In this document: positions 10,009 through 20,212 of the stretch, one piece after another
How the letters are laid out: the number at the start of each line of letters is the position of its first letter
How positions within the stretch are numbered: the first letter of the stretch is position 1
NCBI RefSeq assembly: GCF_000485595.1
Contig: NW_014577072.1
Location: 418,860-440,860, forward strand
Reading direction: 5' to 3'
DNA from: Priapulus caudatus
Taxonomy: Eukaryota
DNA length: 22,001 nucleotides
Program-made: the position numbers and the translations under genes
Notes under the pieces: generated by a model
Database searches by the model: none
What the model saw: the letters and a program-made list of their open reading frames with translations, nothing else
What the model was told of the DNA's origin: nothing

Positions 10009-11457
10009 GAGGGTGGCGAGGAGATGGTACAGGATGAGATGGACCAGGAGGAGGTCGTTATGGCGGAGGAAGCTTCCGATGAGGATGTCGTCGAGATTAT
10101 CGACGACGAGGAGGACGACGACAACGATGGCGACGCCGACGACGACATCGAGAGCGAGGCGGCGCACATGGACGCGCAGGAGAGCGGCGGCGGCGTCGCC
10201 ACGACGACCGCCGAAGCGCTGCCGACCCTCGCCGTCGCGGCCAGCGTGCCCGCGGGCACCGCACGCCAGCACCTGGGCGGGGGCGCGGCCATCCCCGCCG
10301 TCGACGCGCAACGGCCGGGCTTCCTGCCGCAGATCCGCACCGAGCGGCTGTCGACGATGGGGCGCGGTTCCGGCGGCGCGTTCGCGCCGGGCCAGGCGCC
10401 CGTCTACGACGACGGCGACGGCATCGTGCCGAGCACGCCGACGCTGTCTGTGCCGCGGCGCAACGACGGCTTCGCGGAGGCGATCAGCTCGCCGCAGGTG
10501 CAGGCGCGTTTCACGTTCGGCGGCGGCGGCGAGGCGAGCAGCAGCGTGCCGTCGCAGCTCGCCTCCCAGGGAGCGCTCGGCATGGACGACACGAAGATGG
10601 ACCTCTCGCAGTTTGACGAGGGTGAGGGCCGCAGCATACCGACGACGCCTTCGGGTCAGAGGTCGCCCGCGGCTCTGTCCGCCGAGTCGGCCCCGGCCGC
10701 CGCCGCGGAACCGGGTCCGCTCGGCGAGGTTGCCGAGCATGTTGTCATAGTTACGGAGGAGGAAGCCTTGCCCGCTGAACGAGCGGAGGGAGCGGCAGAG
10801 TTGCTGGAGAGCAAGCAAGTAGAGGAGGAACTCGCTGGCACCGATGCGGGAGACGTGCACGCGACTGCTGAAGCTATAGTGGAGGAACCCGCGGAAGAAG
10901 GTGAAGGAGGGGAGCGTCCCGAAGACGACGTTGTTCTGCAGACCGGTGACGAGGTTGAGTTGGAAGGAGACCGGCAGGATGAGCGTGAAGGAGACACCGA
11001 CGGCCAGTCACAGGCACAGCCCGGTGATGGAGGAGAGAAGAGGCCCGCACAGAGGAAGCCCATCGTGTGGACTGAGCCAAGCGAGCCCGCAGCATCCGCA
11101 GCGTCTGCGCAGCCCCCAGCGATCCCACCATTGACGCAGCCATTGCCCGTTCAACGGGGAAAGCCCCAGTACCGTGGTAGGCGGGGCAAGCCGTTAGGGC
11201 GTGGCACAGCTCAGTCGCAAAGGGTAATGCCAAGTCAGCAGCGATTGCCACAACAAATGCAGCAAATACAACAAATGCAAACGATACAACAGTTGCAACA
11301 GTTGCAGCAGCAGTTGATGCAGCAGCAACCGCAGCAGCAGCCACCACAGCCGGTGTACCGGGGCATGCCCATGCAGCAGAGAGGTATAGCCCGGGGGCGA
11401 GGAGGTCAGTACAGAGGGTCTTCACCGGGGCGCAATCCATTCCGCAGACAGTTTTAG
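10009..11457 (+). CDS. TPR: Nucleoprotein TPR terminal exon (disordered C-terminal domain)
   Basis: Acceptor ttttag|GAG in frame with ORF 10024-11457. It contains VPSTPTLSVPRRNDGFAEAISSPQV (human [25 protein letters not shown]), QLASQGALGM, GRSIPTTP and an RG-rich tail; stop TAG. Confidence 0.93.
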   Translation, partial: EGGEEMVQDEMDQEEVVMAEEASDEDVVEIIDDEEDDDNDGDADDDIESEAAHMDAQESGGGVATTTAEALPTLAVAASVPAGTARQHLGGGAAIPAVDAQRPGFLPQIRTERLSTMGRGSGGAFAPGQAPVYDDGDGIVPSTPTLSVPRRNDGFAEAISSPQVQARFTFGGGGEASSSVPSQLASQGALGMDDTKMDLSQFDEGEGRSIPTTPSGQRSPAALSAESAPAAAAEPGPLGEVAEHVVIVTEEEALPAERAEGAAELLESKQVEEELAGTDAGDVHATAEAIVEEPAEEGEGGERPEDDVVLQTGDEVELEGDRQDEREGDTDGQSQAQPGDGGEKRPAQRKPIVWTEPSEPAASAASAQPPAIPPLTQPLPVQRGKPQYRGRRGKPLGRGTAQSQRVMPSQQRLPQQMQQIQQMQTIQQLQQLQQQLMQQQPQQQPPQPVYRGMPMQQRGIARGRGGQYRGSSPGRNPFRRQF

Positions 11458-11636
11458 TTAGTTTTTTCCTCCTATGTCCATTATAAGTGTCACACTTAAA
11501 CGTCACGTTAGGATTAGTTTGCACCTGGGACCACAGTCTAAAGGAGTCACATCTGGTGTACGTGCCCTAGGTGTTTTGAATGTCCTTTGTTGCTAGACTG
11601 AATTATGTGTAGCTTTTGTTTCCAAATGTAACACTG

Positions 11637-12234
11637 TTAAAGGGATACATTTCTCTAGGTTCTTCAGATATTTTCGGCTAAGATTATGCTTCATAAAAAG
11701 ATTTATGGTTCAATATTTATTAGAAATATTTTTTTTAAATGTTCTAAATCTGACTGCTATACCGTTGCTTACAGCGACGGTGGCGCCACTAGCAGGCACC
11801 CACTGGAAGAGTTGCGCAAAGCAACGTTTCGGCTGCTGCAGGCTACAGACCGAGTGTTTCTTATTTATTAATTTAACAGCAGAAGGATTGCAATATCTTA
11901 TAAACGACATTTAGTTTCAGTTATAATATGGGTAAATTTGTCCTAAAATGAATATCGTTCGGTTAAATAGCATTTAGGTATAAATATAATTGCACTTTTG
12001 TGATTAGTTCTCGGTCTGTAACGTGCAAAATAAATTGGAAAATGCGCAACTTTTTCAGGGTGGCAGCACGGTCGCGGATGTCATGTCAGCGCCCAAAAAT
12101 GAAGATTTCGAAATTCAATGTTGTTTTATGACAAACGTGAATGCGTAATTATAGATATTTATAGGTATTTGCTATTGTTTATAATTCTACTATCATAATA
12201 TACTCTCAAACTCTAGAGTAAATTATCCCTTTAA
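11637..12234. mobile_element. TTAA-flanked MITE (Kolobok/T2-MITE-like), 590 bp, in the TPR 3' region
   Basis: TTAA|AGGGATACATTTCTCTAG ... CTAGAGTAAATTATCCCT|TTAA: imperfect TIRs starting AGGG with a TTAA TSD. A further inverted motif aagagttgcgca (~11807) / tgcgcaactttt (~12043) lies inside. Confidence 0.75.
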
Positions 12235-12610
12235 GTCGTATAATAGCATTTAATTTATCATAACATAGGATGGTGAGCAAATCCCAGTGAGGAACAGCAA
12301 GGAACTTGCTTTACACATGTATTTCGGTAAGGATTCCTGTGCATATCTAGATCTATAGATAAAACAAAGCATCACTGTGAGATGGCTCCAAAATTGACGA
12401 AAAAGCAATGGGTTAAGATTTTCTTTTCAATTTTTGTTTCTGTTGCCACAGGATACCTATATTATGCACATGGTTGATCCCAAGAGCTTTATGTACCATT
12501 TTCTGCACTGCGCTCGCTTATGATCAGTCAACAGATCAAAGGGATTTGTTATACCATCACAGGTGCCAGCATTTCTATTTAAAATGTTTGGATGGATACA
12601 GAAGAGGGCG

Positions 12611-12616
12611 AATAAA
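12611..12616 (+). terminator. Candidate TPR polyadenylation signal
   Basis: AATAAA followed by a GT/T-rich downstream element (gctgttgttatggtattgtt); an alternative AATAAA lies at 12029 inside the MITE. Confidence 0.45.
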
Positions 12617-12829
12617 CGTGTTTTGCTTATTAAATTCAAAGCTGTTGTTATGGTATTGTTAAAATAGTAGACGATCACACTCTTGGCCAAGATTACAATT
12701 CAAGGAATTGCATGTTTAGATATACATGTAATTATTAATAAGTTTTAAGTGGGAAGAGTATAAGCAGTTGCTATGGAGGGAATTAACAGATAACAAATAG
12801 TAAAGGTTGAATGTTCACGATGCAATGAA

Positions 12830-12835
12830 TTTATT
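12830..12835 (-). terminator. Candidate PSMC3 polyadenylation signal
   Basis: tttatt (AATAAA on -) ~480 nt past the PSMC3 stop. Confidence 0.4.
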
Positions 12836-13313
12836 ATTCCATACTTGTACATGACAATGGGAAATATTTCTGGCATAGCATGTACAGAGTTTTTGTGTTG
12901 CACTTTGTTTTATCGAACCTCGACTGAAAAATCACTTCGATTGAAGTAATATATATTTACACATTACAGGCATTTCTATGAATGAATTACTTTTGAATTC
13001 TATATAATGCTTTAGTAGACTGGTGTAAAAGCCAAAACATTTTAGTAATCATCAATACTATGCCTCGACTTTTCCATACGCACGCTGACATAAATCACGC
13101 ACAACCTACGAACGGTTATTTCCTCACCTGTATAAATACATGTCCATGGTTTAAACCAGACATGACACACATGCTCACACGTATGGACGCATGTATATAG
13201 GCATGTGTATATATAATAAATCCAAGGGAGGTCTAATTATGCAGTGTTTCTTAGACTTGATCTGACTACTGCCTGCAAATAGTTGTCATTTTACACTATT
13301 CGACCGTGTTTCT

Positions 13314-13424
13314 CTAAGCATAGTAGTTGAGATTTGTCTTTTTCTTGGCCTGTACTTCCAAGATGGCGTCCATATAGTCTTCGTGAGTCACTTCGAATGC
13401 TTCCCTTCTCAGTGCTATCATTCC
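13314..13424 (-). CDS. PSMC3: 26S proteasome regulatory ATPase 6A (Rpt5), last exon
   Basis: [36 protein letters not shown]; HbYX tail YYA typical of Rpt5; cag acceptor. Confidence 0.97.
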   Translation of the reverse strand, partial: GMIALRREAFEVTHEDYMDAILEVQAKKKTNLNYYA

Positions 13425-13784
13425 CTGAATATCAATAAATTGCACAGCTGTCAGAAACGTTGTGATGTTTTTATAATAAATACCACAACTGCAACGTGTC
13501 TATGTTTTACTGGAAAATTCTAGCCAAGTTCATTTGAACTGGAGAACTGTGTTAAGCATATATATAGCTGTGGATAATATTCCGACTGATCCACCGAATC
13601 TCTACTGTATTTACCCGGAGTTCAAGCGAGCAGGAGTTAATCAGTACATGTTCGACCAAAGCTGCAGCGCATCGATTCAATGTAAAGAGTTACAGTACCG
13701 TTAAGTCTCTCAGTTCTTCATTTCTGTAAAGATGACTCCAACGAATAATAGGGCAATCTTAGCAAAAACGTGATTGGAGTTTCA

Positions 13785-13916
<132 letters not shown>

Positions 13917-14061
13917 CTACTGCTCGTCACTGTATAAGGTCCATAGTCTCCAACTCCTACGATTATAATAGAAAAGGCCACTCAATCCGAAATGAAAACT
14001 ACGAGATGTGTTTGTGCCTTCGTGAGATAGCATGTTTACCGATGCCGAGGGGGATGACTTA

Positions 14062-14235
<174 letters not shown>

Positions 14236-14508
14236 TTAGTTTCATGATGCCTCCATCACCATGGTCATGTAATAACATATTGCCATGTAAACTACCCAAT
14301 TGATTCCTAGATGGCAGAATTAATTTATAAGGTATATAACTCAGCATATACAAGTACTATTTGCATCATATCAGTTGTGGTCTGGGCTATCGAGCTCATT
14401 TACATGATTATATGATAACCCGACAAAGTCGACTTCAACATTAAATTCATATATAATAACAAGCAACACCAGTAGCTGATGCAATTCCTGTTACATCCTC
14501 AGACTCAC

Positions 14509-14615
14509 CTTGATATCAGAATGCGAACTAAAGCCATCCATCTGATTGAGCAGCTCCAGCATGGTTCGCTGCACTTCTCTGTCGCCAGCCTTCTCACTGT
14601 CAAACCTCTTTGTAC
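14509..14615 (-). CDS. PSMC3: PSMC3/Rpt5 exon (107 nt)
   Basis: (G)[35 protein letters not shown]; cag/gtgagt. Confidence 0.97.
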
Positions 14616-14632
14616 CTGTGAAATGACAACCA

Positions 14633-14863
14633 CGATGTAAACATACACTCGTGACCCATACATAGCTCATAGCAAGCAATTAATGTCAGGATCATAATAT
14701 CAAATCGTCCAGGTTTTTTTGGATTTTTAACTAGTTGAGAAACAATCTTATCCGGTAAGAATTGAAGGATAGATTTAGTCCTGCTAGTACTTACTTTTAA
14801 TGTAAAAAAATGGCAACAAACATTTTAAAAATATACAACAGAAAATTCGTGACGTAGTCAATT
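14633..14863 (+). repeat. Inverted repeat, arm 1 (pairs with 16894-17114)
   Basis: cgatgtaaacatacactcgtgac...caaatcgtccaggtttttttggatttttaactag...gacgtagtcaatt is the near reverse complement of 16894-17114. Confidence 0.93.
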
Positions 14864-14981
14864 TAAGAATAACATATCACCAAGAGAAAACAGGAACAAC
14901 ACTATCTTGATCTACACAAGATCAGAGTTGAAACAAACCCGTACAACGGGGTTTCACAAAGGTTTGCACGAGATGATGTCA

Positions 14982-15260
<279 letters not shown>

Positions 15261-15306
15261 TTAGTATGCACATTCACATAAAGCTACATTCATATTTTCT
15301 TTTATT

Positions 15307-15489
15307 TACTGTATATGATCGCGTAATAACCGCGGGCGCCTATAAGCCGCACCTCAATTTGAATCGGGTAACCAAGTATTGCGCCTAGTATATTTCCCCT
15401 CACGGTATGGCGTACTTATAAACCGCAGAGCAAATACAGGGTTGAAATCTGAGGCCAAATTTGCGGTTATTACGCGAGTATATACGGTA
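15307..15489. mobile_element. Tc1/mariner-superfamily (Tc2/pogo-like) MITE, 179 bp, TA TSD
   Basis: TA|CTGTATATGATCGCGTAATAACCGC ... GCGGTTATTACGCGAGTATATACGG|TA: 25-bp TIRs with 3 mismatches; internal tataa(g/a)ccgc motifs. Confidence 0.88.
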
Positions 15490-16073
15490 ATTTATGTTAA
15501 TTAAAAAATTGAGTTTTTATAAATTATTTTATTTAAATATGGAAGCCAGAGTGGAACTATTCCAGCCATTTTGATGACCGCATTATTTCTTAGGCGTATA
15601 TAATGTGTCAAAAACAGGACTGCAGCAGTACTAGTGTGGTTGCCCTAATTACGATCTTCCATTATTACACATGTACGTACAGCCTAATTAACCACACGTA
15701 CGCACAGCAAGATTGTGCAAGATGCTTGATGCAATGGAAATTGCAGATTGTAAATTTGCAAAGGATTTAAATAGAATCTACTTCTTCACACCTCAATCAA
15801 TTTTTCTTGTAATATTGTATAGTCTTATATGGAGATATATTTTAGATTATAATAAATCACATATTTTTCTATGCCAATTGGGATATGCTGAAGCAAGAAC
15901 CACCTCAGAAGGGTGTTTCACCACTAACCAAAAATTTAGATTATGGATGCCTTATGGCACAATGACAGTTCTGATTTCCCATAGAATGCAGGTATTATAA
16001 CAGATTACACACAGGATTACTGCAGTCAATAGATTTACAGTCTCATTAGAGCAAAAAATTTTGTTATGTGTAC

Positions 16074-16146
16074 CTTTCGGAGGCTGAATTCCAAGATTTT
16101 CAAAGCGCTCCTTGTGTGTGAGTGGTAGAACACAGGCTTCCACTAG
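16074..16146 (-). CDS. PSMC3: PSMC3/Rpt5 exon (73 nt)
   Basis: [24 protein letters not shown](G); cag/gtacac. Confidence 0.97.
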
Positions 16147-16893
16147 CTGTAACACAAAGGACATTTACTATAGATTGCATAACACTAGGCCTGCTTGACT
16201 GAATATTCCTGTTCCGCCCCTCCCAAGGGACAGAGCAGTAAAAAACCATGGTAGGCTAAAGCTTAAACACTCAGGCACGCATGCACACACACAGACAAAG
16301 ACAGTAATTTATTACATTTAATTCAAGGTCTTTTACACTATAGACATAAACTATACATTTAAAAAATTAGAGCAGGCTAGTTTTGCGTAATGCATTATTT
16401 AAATACACCCTCATGTCAAAAATATTACTATTGTCATTCGTGGGTTTTACGGCACCACCAGTAAATGTACACATATCATTCACATATATAACAACCTTGA
16501 AGATAAGACAGTTTAGAGTTGATCTGACAGAATGTGCTTATTATCGGAGCCATGCAAACACTTATGCATTACGTAAGCCTCCGTTATTCCAAGAGCATGT
16601 GGACAATCGCTGACAGGCCTTGGCTATCCTGTAACACACCTGCCAGCACCCACACGCATATATGGCACAACAAACCCAATTGGAGCAATGAAACTAAATT
16701 GCCTGCTGAATACTGGAACCAGCCGTGTCATTAGAAAGTCGTTTGCCACCTCAACTGGGGTAACATGCATTGGCTGTTGACTGTCGCGTTGCCCAGTGAA
16801 AACACGATAACATTTATTCATCGCAGATAAACCAGCTTGGCACTAGTCTACACAACCACAGTTTACCACAGAATCATAGCTCAACAGATATTC

Positions 16894-17114
16894 AATTGAC
16901 TACGTCATGAATTTTCTATGGTAAAATTTGTAAAAAAAAAAAAATTTTACATTAAAAGTAAGAACTAACAGGACTAAACGTATCGTCAAATTCTTACCTG
17001 ATAAGATTGTTTCTCATCTAGTTAAAAATCCAAAAAACCTGGACGATTTGAATTTATGTTCATGACATTAATTGCTATGGGCTATGTATGAGTCACGAGT
17101 GTATGTTCACATCG
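16894..17114 (-). repeat. Inverted repeat, arm 2 (pairs with 14633-14863)
   Basis: aattgactacgtc...ctagttaaaaatccaaaaaacctggacgatttg...gtcacgagtgtatgttcacatcg. Confidence 0.93.
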
Positions 17115-17805
17115 AACAATATAGTAAAATAGGAAGTATAATGCAGCAATTTAACCATAAAAAGTGAACAGAATTACTCATATTTTGTAAAAAAATGGAT
17201 TTTTTTTTTTACTATTTACGGTGACGTAATCACTCTCAGTAATAGTTACTCTGGATGGACTCACGTAGTTGTATTCCATAATTTAGTTGGAATTGTTTAG
17301 TAACTTAACGGATGATAACCAACACAGCGAGCGTGGCGCCCAACTTATGTCGCTTAGAACAACTTAGAACAAACGCTCGACTAGAACATCAATTATTGCT
17401 ATTTGTCTCACGGATGGATGCATATTCTACCCATTTCAGCAACATAACAACAAACACAGTACCCATATCTAGCACAACGACCCAAACCAGACCATTTGCA
17501 AACAAAAGCTGCAAATGACTTGAGTGTAACAGCCAAGTCTCAAAAGCAATCTGTGACAATGTCGTCAATCAAATATCTCGTCTTCAACCACCTACTGAGG
17601 CAACAGCTGCATCCTACATTCACATGTACTGTTAACACTCTACGCGCACAGCAATATTGCCTGAAGCTAAATCTGCACCAGACGTCAATTACACGGGGTG
17701 GAATGGGCACGTAGAAACGCGTTCCAGCAGTCATTTTTGCTAGTAATGGTTGCGCACACCTAGCGGTGACAAAGGAGAAGAGTAGGACAACCCAGTGATG
17801 GCAGG

Positions 17806-17813
17806 TATATAAG
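17806..17813 (+). promoter_or_regulatory. TATA box of the nested Gly-rich gene
   Basis: ggTATATAAGc in a GC-richer context, ~30 nt upstream of a short segment that ends in a GTAAGT donor. Confidence 0.7.
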
Positions 17814-17836
17814 CTGCCAGATTCTGCAGATCAAGC

Positions 17837-17886
17837 ATGCCCACTTGTAGACTCATCCACATCAAGTCATCTCCACGGACAACTTA
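17837..17886 (+). other. Putative non-coding exon 1 of the nested gene
   Basis: Start inferred ~30 nt after the TATA box; ends aactta|GTAAGT; next acceptor tttatttgtgtag at 18235. Confidence 0.55.
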
Positions 17887-18244
17887 GTAAGTAGTCTCTA
17901 TATATATGGAATATTGTACATACTTCACTTGTACTCTGCAGTGTTGTTAAGTTTCTCTAGTGCTACTATCACAAATTTATGACTGCCTATATATATATCT
18001 ATACTCTTGCAATAAGCTATGTCATGTATGTAGAGTAAGATTTTCTTTCACAGTCAGCATAAAATCAGTGGGTAACACCACCAAACGGCTTAGTCAGTAC
18101 CTCTGTGTTAATGTTTTTCACCAGAAGACAGAGATGTGGCTCGAGCAACATTGCAAGATATTAAAAACTATATTGATGCATCTATACTTTGTGTAATAGA
18201 CAGGAAATTAGGAATGTTTCTATTTATTTGTGTAGGTAGCAATC

Positions 18245-18274
18245 ATGAAGGGAGCTATAATCCTGCTGGCATGT
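18245..18274 (+). CDS. Nested gene, first coding exon (N-terminal part of signal peptide)
   Basis: aatcATG AAG GGA GCT ATA ATC CTG CTG GCA TGT|gtaagt = MKGAIILLAC in phase 0; joined to VTQALCS it completes a signal peptide. Confidence 0.85.
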
Positions 18275-18571
18275 GTAAGTATACATTCTGCATTTCTATG
18301 AGTTTACACAATGTTTTTATTATCAGTATATAAACGACAATATTTGGACAACTTTGCTTTAAATGCAGATTGATGCAAGGGTTGTGTTACCTCTATTTAA
18401 TAATATTAAGTATGGATGTGGCATTGAACCAAGGCACGTATATGAAGAGAAGCAACTTTTCTTATTGCGGTGATGATGTGAAACATGAAGCATAGGTGCC
18501 AGGTTACCATCACACACCATAAGCGCATCGTATCACTGTTCCATAATGTTCCCACTTTCTCCTGCCTGCAG

Positions 18572-20086
18572 GTCACACAAGCTCTGTGTAGCGCTGGAGG
18601 TCTCCTCGGCGGCGGGCTTGGATTTGGCCAACAAGGACGTAGCTACGGATCCAGCGCCAGCTACGGAGGTAACCTCGGATACGGAGGTAACAGCGGATAC
18701 GGAGGTAACCTCGGATATGGAGGTAACAGCGGATACGGAAGCAACCTAGGATACGGAAGCAACCTCGGATACGGAGGTAACCGCGGCTACGGAAGCAACC
18801 TCGGATACGGAGGTAACCGCGGCTATGGAGGCAACCTCGGATACGGAGGCAACCGCGGCTACGGAGGCAACCGTGGCTATGGAAGCAACCGTGGCTACGG
18901 AGCCAACCTCGGCTACGGACGCAGCCTCGGCTACGGAGCCAACCTGGGATACGGAGGCAACCTCGGCGGCAGAATTAACCTGGCATCCGCAGGCAACCTC
19001 GGCGGCAGAATTAACCTGGCATCCGCAGGCAACCTCGGTGGCAGAATTAACCTGCGATCCGGAGGCAACCTCGGCGGCAGAATTAACCTGGGCGGCAGGC
19101 GCGGTGGCTCCCTCAACGGCTTCGGTGGTCTCGTCGGACAGGGTGGACGTCACGGCGTCGGCCAGGTCGCCGTCTCCGGCCGCTACACCTCCCTCGGAGG
19201 CAACAGGATCGGACTTGGAAACGCCATCAGCTTCGAGGCTTCCGATGAGTTCGTCGGCACCGGCGCTTTCAACTTCGAGGGCGCCCGCGACCGCGCCGCT
19301 GCCCACGCCCCGTCCGGCACCGAGCCGAGATCCGCCCCGGGGGTCGTCGGACAGAAGTACGGAGCTGGCTTCGCCCGTCAGTGGCACGCTGCCTCTGCTG
19401 ACCGCGCTGCCTCCGGCACCGGTACCGCCGCCTCGGCCCGCCAGGCCTCCCGCCGTGCCAACCAGGAGGCGCAGGCTCAGTTCCAGCAGGCCGCCGCGGG
19501 CGCTGGAGCCGGATCTGCCGGAGCCGCATACGGTTACGCGAGGAACCTGCCCTACTCCGGCATCCAGGCCGTCAATGTTGCCGCCCCACGCGTGCAGCTC
19601 GGACCTCTGACCGCCGTTGTCGGTGGAGGCGCCGGTGACGCGTCTGCTAGCGGAATCGCCGGAAGCAACGCCGGATCCCTCGGTGGAATCAACCTCGGAG
19701 CCGCGAACATCGGAGGCGGCGCAGTGCGCCTTGGATCTGGAGCTATCCGCGGAGCTGGACTCGGTCTTGGATCCGTCCGCGGAACTGGACTCGGTCTTGG
19801 ATCCGTCGGTGGAGCTGGACTCGGTCTTGGATCCGTCCGCGGAGCTGGACTCGGCCTTGGATCCGTCCGCGGAGCTGGACTCGGTCTTGGATCCGTCCGC
19901 GGAGCTGGACTCGTGCACGGTAGCGGCGTCCACGCCACGGGAGTCCACGCTGTCGGCACCTCATATGATCAGCAGCCCGCCTATGATGCCGGTAGAGTTG
20001 GCATCAACTATGACTCCCCACGTTACGGCTACAACGCCGGAGAGGGATATGGCAGCAGCAACAGCTACAACGCCAAGGACTGGTAA
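18572..20086 (+). CDS. Nested gene, main exon: secreted Gly/Tyr/Arg-rich repetitive structural-type protein (514 aa spliced)
   Basis: Acceptor ctttctcctgcctgcag|GTC, then 504 codons open to TAA. Strong GC3 bias and synonymous variation between repeat units. The ATG at 18485 in the ORF track is intronic. Confidence 0.92.
   Translation, partial: VTQALCSAGGLLGGGLGFGQQGRSYGSSASYGGNLGYGGNSGYGGNLGYGGNSGYGSNLGYGSNLGYGGNRGYGSNLGYGGNRGYGGNLGYGGNRGYGGNRGYGSNRGYGANLGYGRSLGYGANLGYGGNLGGRINLASAGNLGGRINLASAGNLGGRINLRSGGNLGGRINLGGRRGGSLNGFGGLVGQGGRHGVGQVAVSGRYTSLGGNRIGLGNAISFEASDEFVGTGAFNFEGARDRAAAHAPSGTEPRSAPGVVGQKYGAGFARQWHAASADRAASGTGTAASARQASRRANQEAQAQFQQAAAGAGAGSAGAAYGYARNLPYSGIQAVNVAAPRVQLGPLTAVVGGGAGDASASGIAGSNAGSLGGINLGAANIGGGAVRLGSGAIRGAGLGLGSVRGTGLGLGSVGGAGLGLGSVRGAGLGLGSVRGAGLGLGSVRGAGLVHGSGVHATGVHAVGTSYDQQPAYDAGRVGINYDSPRYGYNAGEGYGSSNSYNAKDW
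18662..18967 (+). repeat. 18-bp coding repeat x17, YG[GSA]N[LSR]G
   Basis: tacggaggtaacctcgga and variants, exact 18-nt period. Confidence 0.95.
18956..19090 (+). repeat. 36-bp coding repeat x3.75, GNLGGRINLASA
   Basis: ggcaacctcggcggcagaattaacctggcatccgca. Confidence 0.95.
19748..19912 (+). repeat. 30-bp coding repeat x5.5, RGAGLGLGSV
   Basis: cgcggagctggactcggtcttggatccgtc. Confidence 0.95.
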
Positions 20087-20206
20087 ACAACGACGCTAAT
20101 GGAAGCAGCTACCTGGATTATGGCAATCAGACTGATACTATTTAAATTATTCACATCAAGTAGCAACACTTTTCAAATTATATGATGACATAATGTATCA
20201 ATCAAA

Positions 20207-20212
20207 ATTAAA
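20207..20212 (+). terminator. Candidate poly(A) signal (ATTAAA) of the nested gene
   Basis: ATTAAA ~120 nt after the stop. Confidence 0.45.

Noticed and set aside
9941..11524. Long alternative ORFs 9941-10750 (+), 9991-10860 (-), 10874-11524 (-)
   Set aside because: Shadows of the GC-rich TPR terminal exon with no recognisable motifs.
13603..13697. Possible small TA-MITE (tactgta...tacagta)
   Set aside because: Only 7 bp of terminal complementarity, not distinguishable from chance.
18468..18540. Intronic box C/D snoRNA (gtgatga box C)
   Set aside because: No box D (CTGA) or terminal stem before the acceptor; no convincing snoRNA or tRNA was seen in other introns either.
18485..18571. ORF-track start MKHRCQ... 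for the Gly-rich protein
   Set aside because: The segment is intron ending in a polypyrimidine tract plus cag; the spliced start at 18245 gives a proper signal peptide.
18746..19948. 400-aa antisense ORF (SSSADGSKTE repeats) and the alternative-frame ORFs 18825-19610 and 19617-20099
   Set aside because: Shadow frames of a repetitive GC-rich CDS. Repeat-unit variation falls at third positions of the Gly-rich frame, which also has the signal peptide and splice sites.
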